64,000 bases of DNA, from assembly GCA_003427395.1 (NCBI GenBank), contig BFEA01000005.1, positions 7,182,825 through 7,246,824 on the forward strand. The letters are read 5' to 3'. Position numbers and translations under genes: made by a program. Shown in pieces: positions 38,116 to 48,599 of the stretch; position 1 is the first letter of the stretch, and each line of letters opens with the position of its first letter. Origin of the DNA: Chara braunii. Lineage: Eukaryota > Plantae > Charophyceae. The notes under the pieces were generated by a model. That model had not been told where the DNA came from. It saw only the letters and a list, made by a program, of their open reading frames with translations, and did no database searches.

Positions 38116-38866
38116 TATACCCCAACCAGAGTTTGTATTTCGGATCATTCTGCATTCACACAGTTTGGAGTACGTGCGTTGGAGTCTCGCGTGGGAGCTG
38201 CACTGTGCCATCTTGCTCCACTCTCATCCTCCATCTCCATCTCTATCCCAGGCGGAGCACCACACCTGGTGGGTCCGCAACAACGGCTCTTGCCATTACA
38301 TGGCCATTGTACATGCCTCTGACCACTGGGAGCTGTGGGACAACGGCGCCATGGTCCATGCCATGATTGATGTCCCTGATTTCTTACAAAATGATGCTGT
38401 TTTCTTGCCACAACAAACCGTCCACAATCTCTTTTATGTTGAAGATCATTCCTCTGGCCCCGTGCTGCAGCAAGACAATGTACCAACACTCTGCGACCTT
38501 CTCCTTTGCACAGCCACAAACACTGTTACACTCGGCTGTAGCTGCCATCGTCTCTGTCACAGTCACTACAATGACATGGTTTCTGCATCCATGTGTGGAG
38601 AGGACTGTCCCACAGTTCCTGACTGCAGGCACCCTCCGCATCCGGACACTATATGTCCATTTTGCGGCCATGGGCGCTATACTGAATGCATGCTCTTTCG
38701 TGGTGACCGTTCTTCTTTCATTTTGGCCTGCAATCGACATGCCATTTGTCGGGGGTGTATGATAAGCATGCTCAATGCCACTCGTCGTGGCAATCTTCCA
38801 TGTGTTCATCCACGTCATCCTTACAATGCATGTCCTCTCTGTCGTCAAGGACAGACTTGTTCTTGA
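38116..38866 (+). CDS. 5'-truncated ORF: USP/peptidase C19-like His box plus two RING-like Cys/His clusters
   Basis: WELHCAILLH...CHYMAIVHASDHWELWDNGAMV...HNLFYV, then C..C..TLGCSCHRLC...CPFC and C...LACNRHAICRGC...CPLC; the tracked ORF start (37949) reads through LTR sequence. Confidence 0.55.
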
Positions 38867-39240
38867 GTCTTTTCTTATCCTCTTTTGCCTTCATCTTCAC
38901 TCCACACTCCATACTTTCCCTTACTTTCCCTTTATCATTCTTTGTTTGTCTGCTCTCCATCTCTCCTCCCTGTGTTTATCCCCTCCCCCTTCACTCTGCC
39001 TCTTTCTTACAGCGTACAAGTGGGCTGTTATTGCACACGGGGATGGGGGCAGCTCACACTCAACTTCATCAACGTGGCGATCCTTGTACGTGAGAGGCAC
39101 GGTGAAAGAGGAGTCAAAAAAAGAATGAGAAAAATGAATGGTTTCACTGTGCCCTCCGTGTTTGTCTTGTTTTTTTAATTTTTAATTTTTGCCGTTTGTT
39201 TCACAAATTACGCTCTTTTAGTTCATAGTTATGTGACAAT

Positions 39241-39415
39241 TAAGGTGGATTATCACTTACAGTGTAATCAGTTAGGGGATTCTGCAGACTGTTGAGGGTT
39301 CAGCCTCCTGATGAGTCGGTGAAACTCCGACGAAACAGTTTGCCACAGCCCTTCGTTTGTTGTCCTCTTCTCCCTCTCTGCCTATGGCTTACCGGGCAGC
39401 TCTGTTTGACTATAT
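39241..39415 (+). repeat. Hammerhead-bearing repeat unit, longest contiguous copy
   Basis: Near-identical to 8351-8466 plus 9277-9378. Confidence 0.9.
39284..39343 (+). ncRNA. Type III hammerhead ribozyme (complete)
   Basis: Same fold as 8394-8453; terminal stem III pair is G-C instead of G-U; cut predicted after 39293. Confidence 0.9.
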
Positions 39416-39946
39416 CTATGTATTTCAAAGAGAAAAATACAAGTCCAAACAAGAATGGAAATTTCAAAAACTGTGCTTGTGCTAACCTTTTGCCCTTTTT
39501 TTTGTGGTTGTGCAGCAGGACTGAGAATCTTGTGCCGGCTCCTTTGCTTTGCTAGGAGAAGGAGATCCCGATCATCCTTGGCGTTATCCAGGCCGTGTTC
39601 CTGATTGTAATCTGCATTGTCCAGGCCAGGATCCCAATTGTTAAATTTGGCACTATGCATGCTGGGATCCCGGGAGGTGGTCTTTCGTTGTAGTCCTTGC
39701 TAGAAGCTACGTCATCATCGTTAACCAGCATGGTGAGATACCAACCGTCTCTATCGATGAATTCATAAGGTGGGGAGTGCGTGGGAAAGGTCTTGTCGAG
39801 GGGAGAGAGAGCTGTCTGCATCGGATTTTGGGTTCAATAATCTTTTTAGTATTCGTTCCCCTTTACTTATCTAATTATTTATTTATTTATTTTCCTTCGA
39901 CATCAACGAGACTCAGAGAATTCCTCAGCAAAATTGAGAGGCCGCA

Positions 39947-42598
39947 ATGGACGAAGGGACACAGCAGAGCGGTGGTATTTGGATGAGGAGAGGGTGCAGG
40001 ACGAGGAGGACTACTGGGGAGCAGCCAGGAGTAGGTTTCTCTTCAGAAAGTAATAACATGGCGAACGGCTTTGACAGCCACAGACAGAGGCAGCAAGCCT
40101 TCTTGTCCATCTCCTCTCCACATCTTGTCCATCATTCTCGCCCTGACACTCCTGCTCTGCAATCCGACGATTTTCAATCTACGACTGCTGTTGAATCGGA
40201 CGACGGCTTTCTGTTCCCTGCCCTTCAAGTGGGCGACAGCTTGGGACTGGATCATCATCACCATCATCACCATCATCATCATGATCATCACGATCATCAT
40301 CAACATCATCATCATCAACATCATCGGCATCATCGGCATCATCATCATCATCATCATGAGCAGCAGCAGCAGCAGCAGCAGCATCATCATGACCGGTCGC
40401 AATCTCGACAGGATCGGTCTGGATCCCAACCAACATCCCACTGGCAAGCTCACGAGCGGAGGAGCGAAGCTGCGAATCAGCAGCAGCGGCAGGATCACCA
40501 GCATCAGATCCCCACTTCCATTGGCACCACCGCTATCACTGCCACCATCCTCACGAACACTGAAGCTCGATCTCGACTGGATCAGTCTGGAACATCCCAG
40601 TGGCAAGCACACGAGCGCATAAGTGAAGTTGGCAACCATCGGCAACAGCAGCATCTCCCTATCCCGAATGCCATCACCGCCGCAGCTGCCGCCTCCGCGT
40701 TTGCCAGTACCGTGACCTCCCTGTCCATCATCATGAACAGCGACGCTACCACTCCATGTCCCACTAATCACCCACACCACCAGTCAACAGGAACAATTAG
40801 GCAGAATGAGCACACACCCGCCACGACCACCACGCACACCACCCCCACCCGCATCACCCCACACCCCACCACTACCACCAGCAGCAATAACAACAGCAGC
40901 AACAGCAGCACCAACAGTGTCCAGAGCCCTGCCACGGAGAGAAGATCAAACACAGCCGGGTTCGAGTGCGTAGTCTGCTATGAAATGGCACACCATCCTA
41001 TTCTATCCCGATGCGGCCATCTGTACTGCGACGGGTGTCTGGACACATGGCTTTCTCGAAAGCAATTTGCAAACTGCGTCCTTTGCCGAGATAATTCTCT
41101 TTGTGATGGGGCTATGGCTGCTGACGGGTGCGACGATGACGAGCCACCAGCACTGATCCGGCTGCGAAGCGATTACTATCCGTCGAGCCCGCAGCTTGAG
41201 TATTATTCCTGCCACGTGTGCATGCTCCCTGCACGTCGGCCAGTTGCAACCCGGTGTGGACATGTATACTGCTACCCTTGTGTACGAATTGTTGATTACA
41301 CGCAGGCAGCTACTGCTACTGACACGTGTACTTCTCTTCTGCGTGACTACCGGTGTACGGGTTGTCGAGAGAGCGTCCGAAGGGGATGGCGGGCATTTGT
41401 GCCCATGTTCTCGTGCGGCGCGGTGCGCAGCAATTCTCAGGGCAATAATGGTGGTGGGGATGAGGAAGAACGACCTTTCCCGCCAGAAATGATGCCACGT
41501 AGACGGGCTGCTCCTCCTCCTCCTCCTCCTCCTCCTCCTCTTCTCAATCCCCATCATCATCATCATAATCACACAGGAGTGGTGGTGGTAGATGGCGACG
41601 TGGTGGCCATGGACGGTCAGATCGATTTTGCGATTACTGATGACGCCTTTGACATCAGCACTCTGGAGGAGAGCCGAGCTATGCGACAGGCGCGACAAGA
41701 GGCATTCCAGCGCCTGCGCGAGACTGCAATGGTTGGACTCGCGGAGCTGATAGTTCCTCAAGATCCCAATGAGCCTCTGCCGGACGACGAGATCCCTTTT
41801 GTTATAACCTCCCACATGGAAAACTGTCTGCGCAGTATTGGCCGCCACGACCTCCTTGAACCCCCTCCTGTTGCCGCCAATCATTACAATAATTCCTCAA
41901 TTCGTCTCCCAACTCCCCCTCTTCCTCCTTCTCTTCCTTCTCCTGCCTCTCTTCCCTCTCCTCCCTCGCCTCCCTCTCCTCCCTCTCCTCCCTCCCCTCC
42001 GTCTCCTCCCTCTCCTCCCTCTATTCTCTTTCTCTCCCTTTCTTCTTCTCCTCCTCGTCTATCTCCTTCTCCTTCTCGTCTGTCTCTGGATACGTCTCAG
42101 GATGTGGTTTGGGAGGAGAGTCTGGATGCAGCTCGGAGGGACTGGAGGGATGCATCGTGGCCGGATGCGGCTCGGGAGGACGTTTGGGAGCACGGTCGGG
42201 AAGAGGTTCGGGATGGGGCTTCGGGGGACAATTGGAATCACGGTTGGAATGAGAGCACACATGCTGGGATGGCATTGAGGAGGGCGGCACTGGGTGCAGC
42301 GAGGAGAGGGGTTGCTCTGACAATAGTTGCAGGGTCTGAGGTGGAGGCTGACGTGGCGAGGGGTCCATCGTTAGCAGCTCCAGAGCTTGGAGAGGAGGGA
42401 AGGAATACGCGAGATCGAGAAGCGACACGTGTCCTGCACACAGAGGAGGTGGTGGAGACTCCTCCACGGCAGCAGGAGAGTGCACCTGGTACTAGGCGCG
42501 CGCGCATGCGACGACCTCACAGCTCCTCCCTCCTTGGAGCACTCTCCGATATGGGGGATCATGAACCTCTGGCCAAACGCCAAAATCGCGACGGTTAA
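39947..42598 (+). CDS. Intronless 883-aa protein with two C3HC4 RING fingers (RMA/RNF5-like RING), poly-His/Gln and Pro/Ser tracts; putative E3 ubiquitin ligase
   Basis: CVVC..CGHLYCDGC..CVLC and CHVC..CGHVYCYPC..CTGC in a 2.65-kb uninterrupted ORF. Confidence 0.8.
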   Translation: MDEGTQQSGGIWMRRGCRTRRTTGEQPGVGFSSESNNMANGFDSHRQRQQAFLSISSPHLVHHSRPDTPALQSDDFQSTTAVESDDGFLFPALQVGDSLGLDHHHHHHHHHHDHHDHHQHHHHQHHRHHRHHHHHHHEQQQQQQQHHHDRSQSRQDRSGSQPTSHWQAHERRSEAANQQQRQDHQHQIPTSIGTTAITATILTNTEARSRLDQSGTSQWQAHERISEVGNHRQQQHLPIPNAITAAAAASAFASTVTSLSIIMNSDATTPCPTNHPHHQSTGTIRQNEHTPATTTTHTTPTRITPHPTTTTSSNNNSSNSSTNSVQSPATERRSNTAGFECVVCYEMAHHPILSRCGHLYCDGCLDTWLSRKQFANCVLCRDNSLCDGAMAADGCDDDEPPALIRLRSDYYPSSPQLEYYSCHVCMLPARRPVATRCGHVYCYPCVRIVDYTQAATATDTCTSLLRDYRCTGCRESVRRGWRAFVPMFSCGAVRSNSQGNNGGGDEEERPFPPEMMPRRRAAPPPPPPPPPLLNPHHHHHNHTGVVVVDGDVVAMDGQIDFAITDDAFDISTLEESRAMRQARQEAFQRLRETAMVGLAELIVPQDPNEPLPDDEIPFVITSHMENCLRSIGRHDLLEPPPVAANHYNNSSIRLPTPPLPPSLPSPASLPSPPSPPSPPSPPSPPSPPSPPSILFLSLSSSPPRLSPSPSRLSLDTSQDVVWEESLDAARRDWRDASWPDAAREDVWEHGREEVRDGASGDNWNHGWNESTHAGMALRRAALGAARRGVALTIVAGSEVEADVARGPSLAAPELGEEGRNTRDREATRVLHTEEVVETPPRQQESAPGTRRARMRRPHSSSLLGALSDMGDHEPLAKRQNRDG

Positions 42599-42789
42599 CT
42601 GTATCTGCGGCAATCGACCCACCAGTTCACAAAGGTATGAGACTGCTCCTCCAAGAAACGATGTTAAAAAAAAAAAAAGCAAAAAAGCATTGCTCCGCTC
42701 CTTCGGCCTTGGGACCATTTATTTATTTATTATTATTATTATTTTTTTAATGCGACATCCTGTGTAGTCCTGCAGCCTGGTGCTGGTGA

Positions 42790-43835
42790 GAGAACCAGCC
42801 AGGTCGAGGCTTTACTGATGGACGACTCCTTTCCATTGGTGGGAAGCTGCACCTGCTGGGATAACAAAACAATATTACAGCTCAATACAAATCATAGCAG
42901 ATAGAGTGACTGGGAGAATTACCCAGCTTGCCAATGCCAATCAGGCATGACTACAGGACCTCTCGGCCCCCATGGCCTGCCTGAAACTAGTGCTAAACTG
43001 ATCCTGCTTATTGAAGCAGAGGTTGCCTCTTAGTCCTCTATTATGCCAACCTGCTGGGGAGGTAACTCCGTCACCTCGTCCCACAGGTGCTTGGAGACTG
43101 CCAGATCGCCTTGCTCTGAGAATGTTACCCACTTGAAAGGTGAAGTCCACCCGCTCAACATTTTACCTCTGGCTATTTCGCGCATTAACTGGCAAATTAT
43201 AAATAAAGTATTTGAATTTGTTGCGAACGGCCGAGGGAGGCCAGGAATTACCTTTAAACCTTCTGTCTCCCTTTGCTATCCAGAGGACCCAGAACCCCAA
43301 TACTCTAAAACCTTTTGGCAATGCTGGCTAGTTGTCCTTGATCCTTACTGCCCAACATAATAAATTGTTTCGACCATCTCTGTTCTGGGCCGTAAGCGTA
43401 TTGCCATAAACTACTGACCCAATCCCAGAATCCTCTTGCCTCAAGGCATTCCCACCACAGATGACTGGAGTCTTCTAGAGACTCATGGGGGCACACTTCG
43501 CAGTTTGGTGAGATTACCATACCCTTGCTTGCACGCCATTCAGCGGTAGGAGCACTTGAGTGGAGATGAAGCCACTATAGACCTGCTACTGTGGCCTCCA
43601 TTACCTGCAACAACATTGTGATGAAACACTTCACCCAGGAAGTCTTAAAGGAAGTCCAATTAGACACATCATTCTTCATTCTCCAGCTGTACCAGGCGTT
43701 AGCCTGGAGAGTTGAGGCTCTGGAGCGAAGGGAATATCCACACTTGGATGAGTACTCCGAAATCAGAGTCTTGGACGAGGATGCTGATTCGTTCGTCAGG
43801 ACCCAGCCTGTTCTTGGATGGTAAATTTTCAAATC
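42790..43835 (-). mobile_element. LINE (L1/Tx1-like) ORF2 3' fragment
   Basis: zf-RVT-like CEVCPHESLEDSSHLWWECLEARGFW; decayed, boundaries approximate. Confidence 0.7.
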
Positions 43836-44481
43836 TGTACTTTGTGTGACGGGGCTGAGGCAGAGCAGCGAGGTCGGGGAATAGAGAGGGAGGGAGGGAG
43901 AGCACACACACACACTCGCTCAACTCGACACGGACTCAACACGACTCGACGGACACGGACACAAAGTGGCAAAGTGGCAAAGTGGCAAAGTGGCAAAGTC
44001 GCAATCTTGGTTCCGTACACAATGTCGCAGCAAGTCACACTGAAGCACAAGCACTGAGGCCGAAAACTGCGTCCCCAAACTCAGCTTGAGTCCAGTCTAA
44101 GTACCGGACTCGAGTTGAGTCCGCGGGCAAAAGTGCAATTTGCCTCGGGGCTGAACTGAAAATCGAAGGTCTGAGCCTGGGCGCCAGAATGCCGGATGGA
44201 GCCAAGTACGAAATCCGAAAGTGGCAGAGGCGGGATTGTAGAACGGGCGCCAACTGCAGAGGGCGCTAACAGTCAGGAATCGGAGATCAGAAACTCCAAA
44301 AAAATAGAATAGCAGCCTGGCAGGTGGTACCCCGCGGACCAGGGATCGAGCCCTGGCTGGGTCCATAACACTATCCTCTCCCTCTGGAAGGCAACGTCCC
44401 GACTGCCAAAGACCCAATGAACAATTGTGAAGGATGGGACGGGGCCGATCACTGGTCAGAAAAGGAAAGGGGGAGTAATGC

Positions 44482-44705
44482 AAGTAGCAGGGTAATCCTA
44501 TGGGGGTCCTACAGGGATAAGGGAATCAATGTTCAAGTAGCAGGATAATCCTATTGAGGTTCTACAGGAATGAGGGAATCAATGTTCAACTAGCAGGGTA
44601 ATCCTATTGAGGTTCTACATGGATGAGGGAATCAATGTTCAAGTAACAGGGTAATCCTAGTGAGGTTCTACAAGTAACAGGGAGGTCCTATTGGTGTTCT
44701 ACAAG
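44482..44705. repeat. ~52-bp tandem repeat x4 in element D 3' region
   Basis: CAAGTAGCAGGGTAATCCTATTGAGGTTCTACA...GGGAATCAATGTT units. Confidence 0.85.
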
Positions 44706-45396
44706 GTTGTAGGTTGTCGGGTTTGAGAAAGAAATTAAAAAAAAAACTGTTTGTTCAATGCTCAAGTTCTGGGGTGTCTGAGGGGTCTGGGAAAACAGCA
44801 TCTCAGGTCTGTAACAAAGTGTGAAAAGCAAAGAAATGTCTTGAGGAAGGTCTTGGAGGGTGTCGCAGAAGTGGCGGTGAGGAAACAGTCTTCAGCAGTT
44901 CCGTGATGCAGATGGCGAGGACTTCAGCTTGATTGTCGCAGTAGCAGGTTGCGTCCGGTACATCTGATGATGAGGTCTGATCCGGATAGCAGGTCGCAGA
45001 CTGATCTTGATGTCCATGCCAGAGGTGCTGCTCCAGAAGTCTGCGAGTCCAAGGTGCCGGCCAAAGGGAACAGCATGGTGGCCAACCAGCTGTCTTATCT
45101 CCTCGTACTGAGCTGCAGCATGCCATCGTCCTCGTGCGCTTGCCATTAGATCCATTATCGCCGGCGATGCGCAGGGGCCACAAAGAGAATTTGGACAAGA
45201 GAGACAAGGATGCGGCGGAGGACAGATGGGAGAACGGGGCAAGGCGGAGGCAAGGGCGGATGAGATAGTAGGGGGGGGGGGTCAAGAGGCAAGGGCTGCG
45301 CTGGGTACAGGGGTGTGTGTAGAGCAGGAATGCGGGGTTTTGCGGGGTCAAGGCGGGGTTTATGAAAGGGTTTAGGGTTTGAGTTATATTATGTAT

Positions 45397-48300
45397 CTAG
45401 GATATACGGTGAGCACGGTCGTAGGCGCAAACAAGTTTCATAGCATTCTTAAGGTTAGGAAGAGGTTCCCATGTGGATTCTTCGTGAGGGTATCCTGTCC
45501 ATTTAACTTTGTATTTCGTGATTGGTTCCGGATGGTCTGATACTTGTGTGGTTCGTCGACCTATGATGGATTCGACTACGAATTTTGGGTCTGTGGGAAG
45601 CATGATCGGTAGTCTGGGGTAAGGGTGGTCAGCGAATTAGGGTGGGGATTCATGATATTCTTTCAAGTATTCTACGTGGAAGACAGGGTGGGCACGACTC
45701 AATGCCAGGGGGGAGTTGGAGCTTGTAATTGACGGGGGAGGTTTGTTCAATGATGGGGAAGGGACCAAGCCATTTGTTCGAGAGTTTCTTGGACAAGCCG
45801 TGTTCGGGTTCAAAGCGTTTGGTGGAGAACCAAACTTTGTCCCCTATTTTGAATGATACGTCACGTCTATGTTTGTTAGTCTTGTTGGCTTGTTGTTCTT
45901 GTGTTCTTTCAAGGGCTTCGGTATCTTCTCTGAGGAGTCTGTTTATTGTTGCTACGCATTCATTGAGAGAAGGGCAGGGGGTGGAGGGGTTGAGTTGCGA
46001 GGGGAGCACGAAGTCGGAGGGCAAGTGCGGATGATAGCGAAGGCCGAGGTAGAATGGAGACATGCCAGTGGAAGGACAGACAACATTGTTGTAGGCGATC
46101 TCGGCGGCGGTGAGCAACTGATCCCAATCGTGTTGATGTGGATGACAATACTTTCGCAGGATTCTTTGGAGAGTATCGTTCATCTTCTCAGTTTGTCCAT
46201 CGGTCTGTGGGTGGAATGCAATGCTATACTTGAGCGTGGTTCCGTAGGCTTTAAAGAGGTGTTTCCAGAATTGCGAAAGGAAGCGAGGGTCACGGTCACT
46301 GATGATGTTCTCGGGGAGACCGTGGTGACGTGGGACATGGTCGAAGAAGAGAATGGCGAAGTCCTTGGCGTTGTGCGATGTGGTGCAAGGGGTGAAGTGG
46401 GCACGTTTAGTCAAGCGACAAACAATGACATAGATGCAATCATGTCCGCAGTCGGTCTTGGGGAGACCGCAAACGAAGTCCATGGAAATGGACTGCCACC
46501 GGTGGGTGGGGATCGACAATGATTGTAGTTTGCCGGGCTTGGCGCGGTTTGAGGAGTTGACGGCTTGACATGTGAGGTGTCCGCAGTCTTGGCGTCGTGA
46601 TGCTCGGCCAAGAGCTGGGTACGGAGGCCACGTGCATCGAGGATGCAAAGTCGGCGAGTGCCTTTGGTGTCAATGTAAAGAAGTTTGTCGTGAAGGGAGT
46701 ATTCGGGGACCGAGTCGAGATCACGAAGTTTGTTGTAGATTGTTGAGAAATTCGGGCAAGAGAGGTAGCCTTGGGTGTAACGGTGGTGGAGCGATGGTAG
46801 GAGTTGGATATGAGTCATGGCGGCATAAACTTTCTCGGAGGGCCTGTGGTCGGGGCGTCGAGAGAGGGCGCCGGCAACGCGGTTGCTTTTGTCGGGGGTG
46901 TGGCAAATGGTGAATGTGAATTGGGCAAGAAAGTCTAACCAACGAGCTTGGCGGGGCGTGATGTGTTTTTTGGTGAGGATGGAGGAGATGATGGTGTTGT
47001 CTGTGCGGATGGTGAAATATTGCTCGTTGAGGTACGGGCGCTAAACTTTGAGGGCGTGGATCACGGCGAGGAGTTCCTTCTCGTTGGAGGGGTAGTTCAT
47101 CTCCGCGGGAAGGAGCTTCTTGCTAGCGAAGGCGATGGGGTACTCGTCGGGTGGAGCCTCGGGGTGGGTGGGGGAATCTTTGATGGAGGGGGTTTTAGAG
47201 GTGTCGCGAGGGAAGTGTTGGGATAGGACGGTTCCAAGGGTGAATTCGGATGCGTCAATGGTAACATAGAAATGTCGAGAGAGGTCGACGATCTTGAGGA
47301 CGGGGGCCGTGGTGATGGTTTGTTTGAGGAGGTCGAAGGCGTTTTGGCGGCGGTCGTTCCAAGTGAAGGGTTCGTCCTTGCGGGTGAGTTCGTGGAGGGG
47401 GTATGAGATGTTAGAGAAGTTACGGATAAAGGGGCGGTAGTAGTTGGCAGGACCCAGAAATGAGCGAAGTTGGAGTAGGTCTTGGGTGGTGGATACTCGA
47501 TGAGGGCGGTGACCTTCGAGGGGTCCATGCCTATACCTTCAGCGGAGACGATGTGGCCAAGGTATTCAATGCTTGAAGCGGCAAAGGTGCATTTGTTGAG
47601 CTTGGCGTGTAGTTTTTGCTCTCTGAGGATAGAGAGAACTTGGCGGAGATGTTGAAGGTGGGACTTGGATTGATGAATCCTTTTTCAAGGAGTTCATTGA
47701 GTTGCCACTTTATTTCTTCGGCTTTCGGAACGGAGAGTTGGTACGGAGGGCGGCAAGGTGGAGAGTGACCGGGCTCCAAATCGATGGTGTGGGATACGCC
47801 ACGATCCGGAGGTAATCTGGCGGGCAAGGACTCGGGGAAGACGTCCTTGAACTCGTTGAGGATGGAGGTGAGGGCGGGGTCGGAGGGGGGGGCTTGGTCG
47901 GGTTTGTTCGTTGGGAGCAAGTCCTTCGGATGGTCGCGATCAAGGACAAGGTAATAGTAGGTGGAGTCAGGGTACGTACAGCCATGTGAAGGAATTGGTG
48001 CGTGGTAATGGAGCTTGGGGAGGGGGGATAGGAAATTAGGGAATGTCGTTAGTTGTGTTAGGGGGGTTGGTAAGGCCGGATGAAGTTGGGGTGGAACGAG
48101 TATGGCATGTAGTGGTCCAGCCACGGTGTTCCTAAAACGATGTCCCACATTAAGTGCATGACATCAAATGAGACATGACTGCGGAGGGTTCCGACAGTCA
48201 TGGTGGTTTCGGGAACCGTGCGGTCTACACCAAGGGTGGCGGCGATGAATTTGAGGTGAAAGCGTGATGAGTTGGCGGTGGAGATAATGGTGTTGAGGCG

Positions 48301-48430
48301 GCGTTGTTCATTGCCTAATCGGACAAGCCTATCGAGTCGGGCTTGTTCCTCAACAACATCAGAGAAGGTGACAAAGGATGGGTTTGGAAGGAGGGTTGCG
48401 GAACATGTGGCGGTGAGGGGGGGCGTCAAG
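45397..48430 (-). pseudogene. Element D pol (protease, deleted RT, RNase H, integrase, chromodomain)
   Basis: ORF pieces 45397-45603, 45650-46648, 47531-48148; RT core lost near 47660. Confidence 0.85.
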
Positions 48431-48599
48431 CGACGATGGTTGCGACGCTTAGGGGTCGCCCGGTGGGATGTGCGGCACCGGAGAGGGGTAAGGCAGACGT
48501 ATTGTCGATGCCAACTGGGTCACTGGTGGGGTGGGGATCGTCACCGATGGGATGGCGAGCAGACTAGTCGTTGATGCCGGGGCTGGTTCGTGGTGATCC

